A stretch of 64,000 nucleotides of DNA from Octopus vulgaris (Eukaryota): contig OX597817.1 in the NCBI GenBank assembly GCA_951406725.2, positions 71,114,001 to 71,178,000 on the forward strand. The letters are read 5' to 3'. A model generated the notes under the pieces. It saw only the letters and a program-made list of their open reading frames with translations. It searched no databases and was not told where the DNA came from. A program made the translations under genes and the position numbers. Below, in pieces: positions 13,600 to 27,399 of this stretch; position 1 is the first letter of the stretch, and each line of letters begins with the position of its first letter.

Positions 13600-13644
13600 G
13601 GCATACATACATACATGCATACATGCATACATACATACATGCAT

Positions 13645-13683
<39 letters not shown>

Positions 13684-14024
13684 TATATATAACTGTATAT
13701 AATATATATCATAATAATATTTATTCTCCGATTTGAAGCGACAATTTTTAAATATAAACAAATGACTGAAAAATGATGGGCTAACCTCAGGCAGAATCGA
13801 ACTCACAAATCGACGCTTTCATGGCTCCTTGCGAATCTGACTGGCCAAACGTTAATCCCTGCAATTGCAGTCAAATTTAGTTAATATATACTTAAACTGT
13901 CTTGATAATACATAAATAATATACTATGAGCCTTCCATAGTAGCTTTCTCTCCGTAACTCGCAAAGCCTTTCGGCTTTGTTTATAAAAATATTAGTTATA
14001 TAATACACACACACACACACATGC

Positions 14025-14370
14025 ACCACCGCTCCTTGTATGTCACTGACTCTCTCACAATTACCACCAGTAATTTTATTTCTTTCTTTCCCTATCGCCT
14101 TTGCCTATCCCCTTACATAGGACGGACTGGTAACCGTGGGGCTGACAGTTTTGCCGAAAAGTTATGAGACATAAGATTCGAGAATGACACTCCAGTTTCG
14201 TGCCACTTTCACTCACTTAGACATTTTCTTCAACATCTGTCTATGTTAGGATTGCCCTTGTATTGAGGATCCCCACTCGACTCTTCCGTCTCCGTCTGGA
14301 GCAAAATTTTATTTATTTTTTTCTTCAGACTTCGGTTTGCGAGGGTCTTAATTCCCAATCCCTTTTTTAA
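14025..14370 (+). pseudogene. Neptune-type Penelope GIY-YIG endonuclease remnant
   Basis: Translation ...TSNFI...RLCLSPYIGRTGNRGADSFAEKL*DIRFENDTPVSCHFHSLRHFLQHLSMLGL...LEQNFI...EGLN matches the PLE YIG.T.R.L..RF.EH...PVA.HF...E...I...GLN pattern. Confidence 0.7.
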
Positions 14371-15189
14371 CACCCATGATCACCACCACCTGATACATTC
14401 CCGCAGTCCACACATTCGAAACTCAGTACATCCTTACAACACTAAACGTAGCATCATACACACCAACATGTTTAAACTTGCACACAGACACACGCACACA
14501 CACATACACACACACATATATATACACACACACACACACCTATCATCTTCTTCACATACACTAACACAAACTTTAAGTACAGTCTCACATGCTACCTATG
14601 TGAACACATGTACTAACAAGAAAATATAAACACACATACACTTCCCATCCCTTGACACATTATGTCACCTCTATTTCTCAAAAACGCATATATACAGAAT
14701 ACACTACACAATAACCTTACACACATACACAGTATATCCACACAAAACAAATAGCCTCTTCCACCCACACATACAAACAAGCAAGCAAGCACACACATGC
14801 AAGCATACACACACATACATCAGGCCCAAAGTCCTCCTTGCCTTACCACTCACGCCTAAAGTGACTTCACCACTACTTCCGGTCTTCTACTATGCCGTGA
14901 GGATTGAACACACGTCCTATAAATTTTTATTTATTTATTTATCTCTCTCCGTTCTTTTCGCTCCATCTTTGTCCTAACATAAAGAAGCAGAGTGAATACT
15001 CGAAATCTTAAAATCATTTTCTTCTTTTCCCCATGTCCTGAGTGTCGAGGTAATACCTTCCCTATATTTATTCTTTTACCGTGTCTTTTGCTCCAGTTTT
15101 TGTACACACACACACGCGCGCACATACACACAAATACACACACAAACACACACACAGGCACACACATACACTCACACAAACACACACAC

Positions 15190-15345
15190 ACATGGTTGTG
15201 TAGTAAGAAGTTTGCTTCACAACCATATGGTTTCGGGTTCAGTCCCATTGCGTGGCACTCTGGGTAGGGGTCTTCTACTATAGCCTCATGCCGACCAAAT
15301 CTTTGTGAGTGGATTTGGTAGACAGAAACTGAAAGAAGCCCGATA
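15190..15345 (+). mobile_element. 5' part of SINE family 2
   Basis: Matches 41190-41345 (GGGTTCAGTCCCA...GAGTGGATTTGGTAGAC.GAAACTGAAAGAAGCC). Confidence 0.8.
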
Positions 15346-15441
15346 TAAATTTTCCCTATATATAGGAAACATCGAAGTGCTCGGTATATTTGAGCCATAG
15401 GAAAATGGGAAAAATAATGATGAGAGACAAATGATAGGCCA

Positions 15442-15969
15442 CTATAGTATATTTTTTCCAAGTTTAAGAACCTTTCCAAGTTGTTGAAGAAGACGATGAA
15501 CAGTTGTATGGTTTGAACTAAGCTTTATTGCTAATTCTTCAACTGACAATGCAGGATTTTCTTCAAGTAATGCCTCAAGGAACTTATCATCAACCTCAAC
15601 TGGAAATCCTGTTCGATCTTCATCTTCAAGGCTGAAATAGATATAACCTATGTTACTTCTGCAAGTTCTTTCATTCAAGCTTTCTTTCCCATAAACTGAG
15701 TGTATGTTTCGAGTAGTAGAGTTTCCTTTATTGTATTCATAAAGCATTATGTACCTCAAATGCTCTTTGGGTACTTCCATGTTAGATAGGGTTTTAATCA
15801 AAGAAATTTTAATTCTTTTATTCTGTAAAATAATATTTAATTAGTTTAAAATGTACACAAACGCAAAAAAAAAATTTTTTAAATTCCATTAGACATTCTA
15901 AAATACTATTAAATTTCCTTCAATTTAAAAAAAGGTAAAATCGGACAGAACTTATGGGATGACCTGATA
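15442..15969 (-). mobile_element. Mariner transposon 5' fragment (TIR plus HTH domains)
   Basis: MEVPKEHLRYIMLYEYNKG...YGKESLNERTCR...SLEDEDRTG.PVEVDD...EELAIKL...TVHRLLQQLGKVLKLGK; TIR TA-TCAGGTCATCCCATAAGTTCTGTCCG at 15969-15942. Confidence 0.9.
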
Positions 15970-16022
15970 TCATTCTACCTATCTATTTATCTATCTTCCT
16001 GTCTGTCTGTCTGTCTATCTAT

Positions 16023-16104
<82 letters not shown>

Positions 16105-17060
16105 CTTAAAATTATCTGTTCCCAATCTATTTTTCCGAAGTTTTCTGCCTATCTCTCTTTCTCTCTCTCTAAACGACTCTCTATTTCATACAATCAATTT
16201 CGCAACCCTCCTCTCTCGCCCCCGTTTTATTTCCCTTGCTCTCTCCCACGTGTATTTGTGTTTGTGTGTGTGTGTATGTATATATGCCTGTTTAACAACC
16301 ATTATTTCTGTGTGTCTCCCAATTTTGCCCTTCTCATCTTAACTAATGTTTCACTAATTGAACCATAAATTCTATCACAAACCGTCTAATCACAATGAAT
16401 CTTCACTGCCAAACACGCGGTGATAATTTATTAGAGGTCAACTCTATTTGCTAAGAAGTAAATTAATATTTTATTATCTTTGTCATTTTCTTTGTCGCTG
16501 GGGAGCAGAGGAGAACAACAACAACAACAACCACTACAATAAGCAACAACAATAACAATCAGCAACAGCAGTAGCAGCAACAGCAACCACAACAACAGAA
16601 GAAGAAGAAGAAGAAGGAGAAGGAGGAGAAGGAGAAGGAGGAGAAGAAGAAGAATAAAAAGAAGAATTATATCACAGATCAACAAAATTAAATTAGCGAG
16701 TTGTTTCAGACAGGGAGATTCATAGCTTACTCATTTTTGATTGGTTATAGATTACAGGCGATAAACGATTGACTATAGGGACCATAATTTGTGTTTTGAT
16801 ACACACACACACATACATACACAAGCAAACAAACATATAAATTCTTTGACAAGATATGTAACAAACTGTACATTAAAAAAAGCTTTAGATATTATTTAAG
16901 TACCAAGCGGTATTTCTACACAAATATATATATATACACGATTACTTTGTCGCCAGGGACTCACATATGTAACAGAGTAAATTGAAAAATTTTCGATCGC
17001 TTGAAATTCTTTCAAGCAATTATTAGATAAAAATTCTTTCTTTCGGTGTTTTGAAATCTT

Positions 17061-17152
17061 ATACATACATACATACATACATACATACATACATACATAC
17101 ATACATACATACATACATACATACATACATACATACATACATACATACATAC
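17061..17152. repeat. (ACAT)n microsatellite
   Basis: Direct reading. Confidence 0.95.
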
Positions 17153-17557
17153 CTATACCGATAGTGGTAGTGTCATGAGTACTGATACCACCAGAAGCTG
17201 TAGTACTTTTAGAGTTACTACTCGCTCAATCTTGAGAAATTAAGCTTCTCAAAACCAGAAAGGAGAAAGCTAATTCGAAGACTACAGATCCAATCAATCA
17301 CTGGAACTGTAAAAATCTGTAAAACTTTCCAGAAGTTTATCATTTAAATATATATCAGCATGTCTAGATATGTAAACTATATGCATGAGAATACATACAT
17401 ACATACATACATACATACATACATACATACAAAAATACCCTGTTGTTGATGTTGAAATTCCAATGACGGAAACTTGGATCTAGGTTAGAAACCGGTTCTT
17501 TCTTTATTGTCAAGAAATTTTGAAATAAATTGAATAATGACATACACACATACATAC

Positions 17558-17719
<162 letters not shown>

Positions 17720-17789
17720 ATATATGTATGTATATACATATATGTATACACACACATACACGCACACACATATGTATAATTGTATATGT

Positions 17790-20220
17790 TGGTTCAGTGC
17801 CGATATTAGATTGCTATAAAACTGTTAGGTCCTTAATCTTCTCCGATAAGACTAAAAACTTATACACCCTTAATTACGATAGGCTGCTAGAAATCAGTAT
17901 CACACAAAATTATAGGCGTGCTTTGCCACAAACATACAAATGAAGCTAAGAAATTAACAAACGACCTAGACATAGCTGATAGGATGGAGATCCTAGCTAA
18001 AAGGAACGCCTATATTAACATTAAAGATCATAAACCGAACTTTGCCTCAAATCCTAAATACCGCCTGATTAATCCGACCAAATCCGAGACTGGTCTGGCA
18101 AGCATATATTGAGAAAAATCAATAACGACATAAGGAGAGTCACCAACCTTTCCCTATGGCATAACACTAAAGAGGTGACTGCATGGTTTAACACCAACAA
18201 ACGGAGAGGTAGACCAAGGTTCACCCAGTTCGACATTGTCGATTTTTACCCGTCTATATCAAAAGGGCTACTGGTCAAGGCGCTTTCCTTCGCTAGAGGC
18301 TTCACTAGCGTTAGCAACAGGGATATAGACGTCATTATGTACGCCAGAAAAACAGTGCTGTTCAATAAAGGTTCGACCTGGGTCAAACATACTAGTCCAG
18401 TGGGCTCCTTTGACGTAGCGACGGGGGCCTACGAGAGCGCTGATGTATGTGACCACATAGGGTTCTATATCCTTGATACCTTTAAGAAAAAATCCCACCC
18501 CACGTCCTTGGTGTCTACAGAGACGACGCCCTGGCCATCTGTAGAGGAGCAAACGGCCACATACTAGGCAGGCTTAGGAAAGATCTAATTAGCACACTTG
18601 CCTCCATGGGATAAAAATTACCATCGATACTACTGTGGACTTCTTAGACGTCACGCTCGATTTGGGTTCCGATACATATAGGGCCTACCTCAAGCCAAAT
18701 GAGAGGCTAACGTACATCAACACAGCCTCCTGTCATGTACAAATCATGTTCACAAATCTGGTGAAGGGTGTTAGTAAGAGGATCACGAACCTTTCCTCCA
18801 GACAAGAGATTTTTCATGCAGCAGCTCCACTACTATAACGAGGCTCTAACTGTTAGTGGATTTAGGGACTGCATCTCGTACATGTCGGGCCCCAACATCC
18901 GTAAAAGGAAGCGCCACAGAAAAAAACATTTGGTTTGCTGCCCCTTCTCTCTTAACGTAAAAACGTCTGTAGGTAGGATATTCTTAATAGATAAACATTT
19001 CACTAGTTCACATAAATACGGACTCTTTTTCAACAGGTACTCTAGTTAGCACCCCTAGACCACGAGTGGAGGCAGGATGCTCATACAGGGACCGCAACAG
19101 AGGTCCAGTGAGGGGCCACTGCGAAATTAAGAGAATCGTCTATGAAGCTGATGTACTGGCAGCAGCTGCCCTAATGGCGACTACAATAACAGGGACGGCA
19201 GTACCACTAGTAGCAGCAACAGAAATGCGAACAGAACCAGTAGCACCATCACCAGCAATAGCAACAATAATAACATCACGACATCAATATATGCTTGCTC
19301 GCCAGACCGGTCTCGTTAGGGATACTGTCATCAAATTGCAGTATCCCTAACGACAGCAGCAACATCATCAACTTCCCTAACGGCTACGGAGGCAGGCTCG
19401 ACAGTTCCAATATCAGCAGCGGCAGTATACTCGCCAGCGATTACATCAGTAACGACAACGACAGCTAAAGCAATTTCCTTAACGGTAATAGCGGCGAGCT
19501 GGCAGTAACGTTAGCACGCCGGGCGAAATGCGTAGCCGTATTTCGTCTGCCGTTACGTTCTGAGTACAATTTCCACCGAGGTCGACTTTGCCTTTCATCC
19601 TTTCGGGTTACGCACCGGGGTCGATATAATCGACTTAATCCGTTTGTCTGTCCTTGTTTGTCCTCTCTGTGTTTAGCCCCTTGTGGGTAGTAAAGAAATA
19701 GGTAATAGCAGCAGAGCCATCGCCAATGACATCTATAACAGCAATGACAGCGCTTCCATCAATGACGATGGCCATAATAACAACAACGGCACCTTTACCA
19801 ACACCGGCAGTGGCGGCATAAGCACCATCACCACCTCCAATGACGCCAACACCAACAGACAAACCACCGCCAACACCCGACCACGGAGTTTCATTAGCTG
19901 TTCCGTAAACTTGTTCAAACAATGCTTCTCCAACCACAAATCCCCCTTCAATATACCCGAAAGGAGATTCGCCACGCCTTTAGCCAGCCATGTATGGCAG
20001 CTGATAGACGACGGGATTCCATACACAATATCATGGAGAATCCTAGAAAATCCGGGCCTCTACATAAACGGGACCAATCACTAAATTATGCATAGCGGAA
20101 CGGGTAAGGATCCTAAAGGACTCTTTCGACCCAGGGAATATCCTTAACTTCAGAACGGGCGTCTTCGGACAGTGCTTACAGTGTAGGACGAAACTCAGAA
20201 TGGACTGCCGTCTTTGATAT
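17790..20220 (+). mobile_element. Penelope-like element (Naiad/Chlamys-like), RT plus C-terminal GIY-YIG, frameshifted
   Basis: IKDHKPNFASNPKYRLINPTKSETG; QFDIVDFYPSI; FDVATGAYESADVCDHIG; YRDD (about 18517); DFLDVTLDL; CSYRDRNRGPVRGHCEIKRIVYEADV; FKQCFSNHKS...LASHVWQL...ISWRIL. Confidence 0.9.
19493..19700 (+). mobile_element. SINE family 1 inserted into the PLE, flanked by a 9-bp direct repeat
   Basis: Full head and core. GGTAATAGC at 19484-19492 and 19701-19709. Confidence 0.85.
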
Positions 20221-20429
20221 AATAAATATATCTTTCCCCACTAAGCAGCTTATTGAGCTCGTTCTATATCAGATTATATTTACGCTGTAAAACATGTATA
20301 TTCTAATATACTTAACAAATCTTACATAACTACACATATACATAAGTGAATACATGTATACATACATACATTCATACATACATACATGCACATATACATA
20401 CATGTTTTCTACATTTGGCAAAAGCGTCT

Positions 20430-21900
20430 GCTACCTTAATTTCTGCCATTGAGAGGCTTACATGTAGCTAGGCAAAAATTCTAGCACTTTGAACTAAGAG
20501 TGGAACGATTGTCTCCAATACCATAAGTATTTCAATGAGAATATTCCAAGGAGATAGATTTTCTGTATTTCTGTTCATTTTAGCATTAAATCCATTACCA
20601 TTCCTGTCACAAAATTCAAATGGCTACATATTAGGGTCTGCAAATGCTAGAGATATAAATGTAACCCATAATTTCTATGTGGATGGCCTCAAGATTTATG
20701 TTAAACATTCTTTTATTCGTTTACTTGTTCCAGTTATTTTATTGCGGCCATGCGGGAGCACTGCCTTTGTTAACGAATGGTAAAAAGCAGCTGGAATTAA
20801 TAGCATTTTCAGCTGACATAGGAATGGAATTAGGTCAAAAGAATTATTCATATTTGATTGTTGAACAGGGAAAATCAGTTTTACAGACCCCAAACCTGTG
20901 CATCAATGGTTTTACTATCTCTCCTGTCCCAGACAGTATCAAGGCCTTAATGATAACATATACGAAGGTACTGTGAATAAAGATAGAGTGACCCAAGAAT
21001 ATTATTCCAGAAAAATATGGCGGACGGAACTCTCCTCTTATAACAAGATAATATCCCACAATGTACCAGTGCTAATTCCATCATTTTGAATTCTTGACTG
21101 AAGAAGAAGTCCATTCCATAGACATTAAAACCCAGAAGATACGAACACCAACTGGATATCTCCACTGAAATAGTGATATCTACAAGCTCTACCCAAGAAG
21201 TGATAAAGAAGGTAGAGACTTGAGATCAGTGCAGACAACCTTAGAATGTCGTAAAGTCTCTCTCAGACAGCACCTAATAAAGAAGAGCAGCAAAAATAAA
21301 TACGTTTACTTAGTGCTGAAAAGTGAAAAGGACAATATCCTACGTGTTGACAGCAAGCTTCCTAGGAAGCACACTCTTTTTGATGGCTTCCCATACAATC
21401 CCCAAACAGCCGGACTTACATACTTCAAAGAAGATCTGGATGTTGAACGCTCAGCATGCAGATAATAATAAAGACTATGCATGCATGTTTCCCGCAGACT
21501 TGAAGAAGACAGTAATATTGGTATAAAGCGAAGCCTCTCTTGGACTCGTGACTGCTATATCACATCACACTTCGAAGGCTATGCATTTGCAATCCAAGGA
21601 CATGAGATTGCTACGAAACACATAATAAACAAAAAAGACAGTGAAGCCCTTGGAGGTCTAAGATGCAACCAAAAATGTAGATTATGTCATATTTCTATGG
21701 AAGACATTGCACATGTGATTAGCACCTTCCAAAAATGTCATCAAGATAGTACCTCCCTATGCGACTCGACGTTGTCGGAAAAACAATATACAATGCAATC
21801 CGGAAGAAAAGATTGTCCTGGAATAAATATAGAGAACCCCCCGGTTATTGAATACATACACAAAGATCAACACAAGGAATACTGATGGAGTATTCCCACC
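20430..21900 (+). pseudogene. R4/Dong-like non-LTR retrotransposon remnant (RT C-terminal half plus CCHC), copy 1
   Basis: IFQGDRFSVFLFILALNPL, HNFYVDGLK, EGYAFAIQGHEIATK, KCRLCHISMEDIAHVIS, YLPMRLD. Confidence 0.8.
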
Positions 21901-22410
21901 ATAATAACAACAACGGCACCTTTACCAACACCGGCAGTGGCGTCGTCAGCACCATCGCCACCTCCAATGACGCCAACACCAGTAGCCTTAGCACCAACAG
22001 CGCCAGTTCCAGCAATAGCAACAGCGGTGGCAGCGACGCCAACACCAACAGACAAACCACCGCCAACACCCGACCACGGAGATACATCGGCTGTTCCGGA
22101 AACTTATTCAAACAACGCTTCTCCAACCACATATCCCCCTTCAGGATACCGGAAAGGAGATTCGCCACGCCTTTAGCCAGCCATGTATGGCAGCTGATAG
22201 ACGACGGGATTCCATACACAATATCATGGCGAATCCTAGAAAATCCGGGCCTCTACATAAACGGGACCAATCACTAAATTATGCATAGCGGAACGGGTAA
22301 GGATCCTAAAGGACTCTTTCGACCCAGGGAATATCCTTAACTTCAGAACGGGCGTCTTCTGACAGTGCTTACAGTGTAGGACGAAACTCAGAATGGACTG
22401 CCGTCTTTGA
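21900..22410 (+). pseudogene. Duplicated 3' end of the Naiad-like PLE (YIG half of endonuclease)
   Basis: RRYIGCSGNLFKQRFSNHISPFRIPERRFATPLASHVWQLIDDGIPYTISWRIL. Confidence 0.85.
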
Positions 22411-22699
22411 TATAATAAATATATCTTTCCCCACTAAGCAGCTTATTGAGCTCGTTCTATATCAGATTATATTTACGCTGTAAAACATGTATATTCTAAT
22501 ATACTTAACAAATCTTACATAACTACACATATACATAAGTGAATACATGTATACATGCACACATACATACATACATACATACATTCATACATACATACAT
22601 ACATACATACATACATACATACATACATACATACATACATACATACATACATGCACATATACATACATGTATTCTACATTTGGCAAAAGCGTCTGCTAC

Positions 22700-24400
22700 C
22701 TTAATGTCTGCCATTGAGAGGCTTACATGTAGCTAGGCAAAAATTCTAGCACTTTGAATTAAGAGTGGAACGATTGTCTCCAATACCATTAGTATTTCAA
22801 TGAGAATATTCCAAGGAGATAGACTTTCTGTAATTCTGTTCATTTTAGCATTAAATCTATTACCATTCCTGTCACAAAATTCAAATGGCTACATATTAGG
22901 GTCTGCAAATGCTAGAGATATAAATGTAACCCATAATTTCTATGTGGATGGCCTCAAGATTTATGTTAAACATTCTTTTATTCGTTTACTTGTTCCAGTT
23001 ATTTTATTGCAGCCATGCGGGAGCACCGCCTTTGTTAACGAATGGTAAAAAGCAGCTGGAATTAATAACATTTTCAGCTGACATAGGAATGGAATTAGGT
23101 CAAAAGAATTATTCATATTTGATTGATGAACTGGGAAAATCAGTTTTACAGACCCCAAACCTGTGCATCAATGGTCTTACTATCTCTCCTGTCCCAGACA
23201 GTATCAAGGCCTTAATGATAACATATACGAAGGTACTGTGAATAAAGATAGATTGACCCAAGAATATTATTCCAGAAAAATATGGTGGACGGAACTCTCT
23301 TCTTATAACAAGATAATATCCCACAATGTACCAGTGCTGATTCCATTATTTTGAATTCTTGACTGAAGAAGAAGTCCATTCCATAGACATTAAAACCCAG
23401 AAGATACGAACACCAACTGGATATCTCCACTGAAATAGTGATATCTACAAGCTCTACCCAAGAAGTGATAAAGAAGGTAGAGACTTGAGATCAGTGCAGG
23501 CAACCTTAGAATGTCATAAAGTCTCTCTCAGACAGCACCTTATAAAGAAGAGCAGCAAAAATAAATACGTTTACTTAGTGCTGAAAAGTGAAAAGGACAA
23601 TATCCTACGTGTTGACAGCAAGCTTCCTAGGAAGCACACTCTTTTTGATGGCTTCCCATACAATCCCCAAGAACCGGACAAAGAAGATCTGGATGTTGAA
23701 CGCTCAGCATGCAGATAATAATAAAGACTATGCATGCATGTTTCCCGCAGACTTGCAGAAGATAATAACATTTACATGAATCGAAACTTCTCCTGGACAC
23801 GTGGCCGCTAAATCACATCACACTTCGAAGGCTATGCATTTGCAATCCAAGGACATGAGATTGCTACGAAACACATAATAAACAAAAAAGACAGTGAAGC
23901 CCTTGGAGGTCTAAGATGCAACCAAAAATGTAGATTACGTCATATTTCTATGGAAGACATTGCACATGTGATTAGCACCTTCCAAAAATGTCATCAAGAT
24001 AGTACCTCCCTATGCGACTCGACGTTGTCGGAAAAACAATATACAATGCAATCCGGAAAAAAAAGATTGTCCTGGAATAAATATAGAGAATCCCCCGGTT
24101 ATTGAATACATACACAAAGACCAACACAAGGAATACTGATGGAGTATTTCCACCAAATCTGTCAATTGTAAATATATCAGACCAGATATTGTTTGTAACA
24201 GATAAGAAAAAATATGTTCCGCCATAGAGGTCAGCTATCATGCTGTGAATATCTCTTTGAAAATCAAAGAGATGAAGGATAACTATGAACAGCTGCGCCA
24301 AAACCTCCATTTTCTGCATTCAGATTATAAATACACACTTATACCAATAATAATTGCGCACTTGGCTTTGTGACAAAATGCCTAAGTGACAATCTTAGTA
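22700..24400 (+). pseudogene. R4/Dong-like remnant, copy 2, continuing into the restriction-like endonuclease
   Basis: Same motifs as copy 1, then IRPDIV (about 24176-24193) and downstream REL-like sequence. Confidence 0.8.
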
Positions 24401-24471
24401 TATAGTAATATACATTTATGCATATATACATACAGGCATACATAAACTTATATATGTATACATATATATAT

Positions 24472-24533
<62 letters not shown>

Positions 24534-24919
24534 TATTATAAAAGGCAGATTTTATCTGCCTCCCTTTGTAAGTTATAGAAATCTACAATATAGGATTTCT
24601 TCAATTACAATTTACCTAGCATTTTAAAGAGTAGAATGCATCGGGTCATGCCAGGTCCAGTTTTTAAAATTTAAACTCCAATTAAGCAAAATTTACAGAA
24701 AACTCACATTCTGGTGTGTATGTCAAATGTTTTTCTTAATGTGGTTTACACCACACGCAAACGCACACACACACAAAGGGAGCGAATTGTTTCACTGACG
24801 CTATCACCCTTCTCCTCCTTTGTCTTTGCAAGTTTGGCAGCTATTAAAGTGAAAACAGTGAATCCGACAGCGATTAAGAACACGAATTAGCACCTGAATT
24901 GAGTGAAAATTTAAAAACT

Positions 24920-25175
24920 GTTTCTTTCGGTGATTTTTCTGAAGAAACTGCACCAAGCCACAGACTTTCCCAGAAGAGTAAAGCCTTACACTATTTCTAT
25001 TTACTTTTTCGAATGAGCCCATTTAAAATCATTACGGCAGAAACGAAACGTTACGCTAAACGTAAACAAAACGAAAGAAACGATAGTTTCTTATTTCCCA
25101 CAACCTTAAATGCAATTAAGGCCTATTTTGCCATAAATATTATTATGGGTATCAGAAAGTTACCCAGAATAACAA
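24920..25175 (+). pseudogene. piggyBac transposase fragment inside the Helitron
   Basis: ALHYFYLLF...IITAETKRYAK...FPTTLNAIKAYFAINIIMGIRKLPRI matches the start of the piggyBac DDD domain (F.LF...I..ETN.YA...TT..E.KAF.G..I.MG...LP). Confidence 0.75.
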
Positions 25176-25726
25176 ATTCTATCGTAAAATTTTGTTGTAT
25201 ACCCAATTGAATATTAGCTAATAACCCATTTTCTATAGCGATGTTTGAACAAAATTTTAATAATTTTAGAAAGTTACCCAGAATAACAAATTCTATCGTA
25301 AAATTTTGTTGTATACCCAATTGGATATAGCTAATAACCCATTTTCTATAGCGATGTTTGAACAAAAATTTAATAATTTTACAGAAAGTTAAGAATAACA
25401 AATTCTATCGTAAAATTTTGTTGTATACCCAATTGAATATTAGCTAATAACCCATTTTCTATAGCGATGTTTGAACAAAATTTTAATAATTTTACAGAAA
25501 GTTACCCAGAATAACAAATTCTATCGTAAAATTTTGTTGTATACCCAATTGAATATTAGCTAATAACCCATTTTCTATAGCGATGTTTGAACAAAATTTT
25601 AATAATTTTACAGAAAGTTACCCAGAATAACAAATTCTATCGTAAAATTTTGTTGTATACCCAATTGAATATTAGCTAATAACCCATTTTCTATAGCGAT
25701 GTTTGAACAAAATTTTAATAATTTTA
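25154..25726. repeat. Tandem repeat, about 115 bp x5
   Basis: AGAAAGTTACCCAGAATAACAAATTCTATCG... restarts at 25154, 25268, 25383, 25496 and 25612. Confidence 0.95.
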
Positions 25727-26597
25727 TATATTGTTGAATTTACCTGTATCTATCTGCAATTAGAGTCACTTTGTGACAAAAATTATAGTATAGAATTGGT
25801 TGAGGACATTTCATTAAATTATCTTCCAAAAATCACATTAATATATTGATAAATAAAAAAGTTATAGTTGTTTAATGAAACCAGACTAAATTTATGATTA
25901 CGTTAGAAATTAATTGAAACACATAAGGGGTGTATTTTGGTCAGAAATATAGTAACGAAAGGATTAAGAAAAACCAAAAAATATTTTATTCTTTATAAAT
26001 GTTGTATTCAAAATAACATTTTCTTTTAAGAATGCGTATATAACAAAGTATGTGTATATAACTACGTGGCTTATATCTTTATATATAAGAGTGAAGTTGT
26101 GTGTCTGTCTCCTACGATTTAGATTCCTAACTACTCCCACATTTTGCGGTGCAGTGTAACCAAAACCGGGTATCTTATAGTCGTGATTCATATCGAGCCC
26201 TTCTGGGTATTAGCGCGCGTCTACGATGAGTCTACGATTAAAAAAATTTACCATCATATTTTTCCATTTTAATGCATTTTTTCGCTAATATATAAGGGAA
26301 GTAACTCTCTAAAAATATCTACGATGTGTCAACGATTTAAAAAGAAATTTACCTTAATTTTTTTTCCATTTTTTATGCATTTTTTTCCTATTTTTTGGCT
26401 ATAACTCTCTAAAAATGCTTATATAGTTATTTCCCTTACAAACCCGAGCAACGCCGGGCGATACTGCTAGTATATATATATATATGTATATATACATATG
26501 TATATATATGTATATATATATATAATATATATATATATGTATATGTATATATATGCAAATACATATGTATATATATATATATATATATATGCAATAT

Positions 26598-26660
<63 letters not shown>

Positions 26661-27053
26661 GAATAGTAGAATAGAACATACATATAAAAACTGGAAGTCT
26701 TTGGCAAATTATTTGGCATTACTCAAGAATATTTATTTCATAACAAAGAGTAAAAATAAACTATATGCTTTATTTATACTTTATATTTTATTTGTATTCT
26801 TTACTATGGAGGAAATATTTTCCAGATAAAGTAAATGCCTTACTTGTCCGTCTCTCATTTTTTTTAATGTTTACACCCGCTGAATCAGGTCCCGCTTTTA
26901 GCCCCTTTGGATAGGCAGTTTCAACACCTCGTTTTCATTTGCATTTCAAGGTGGAGCTTTAGTGGTAAACCGATCTAAGCACTCGTCGTGCGTACCTATT
27001 AATATACGTCAATCGACGTATACTACTTGTATCTCACCTCGCTCTCTCTACCG

Positions 27054-27126
<73 letters not shown>

Positions 27127-27399
27127 CATAAATACATACACACATACATTATCATGAATGTGTGTGTGTGTGTACTGATGAAATATAACATTATTCTCTT
27201 CGACTGTTCGTGCCGATAATATTGGATAAATAATTGAATAAGTACAAAAATAAGACATGATAATTGAATTATGGAATACACTAATGGTTGATTCCAATTT
27301 CAATCTAATAATAAATTATAATGATTGACATTCAGCGGAAAGAGAATACGATGAATTTCATTGGCAAATTGGCAAATAGTATGAAATTTTAATACATAA

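Larger units (their letters stand above)
19772..24152. repeat. Tandem segmental duplication (unit about 2.1-2.25 kb; junction about 21899)
   Basis: 19772-21898 is near-identical to 21899-24152 and spans the PLE 3' end, a microsatellite and the R4/Dong remnant. Confidence 0.95.
24531..26470 (+). mobile_element. Non-autonomous Helitron (composite)
   Basis: A|TCTTATTATAAAAG 5' end; 3' hairpin CCCG-AGCAACGC-CGGG then CTAG|T; inserted in (TA)n. Second TC start (TCTTTATATATAAGAG) at 26076. Confidence 0.8.

Noticed and set aside
17455-17505. Hairpin plus GAAACCGGTT (similar relics at about 14975-15010 and 62231-62260)
   Set aside because: CUGANGA core not intact; cannot be called from a single copy.
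25154-25726. Regular repeats resembling a CRISPR array
   Set aside because: Whole 115-bp units repeat with no unique spacers; eukaryotic context inside a Helitron.
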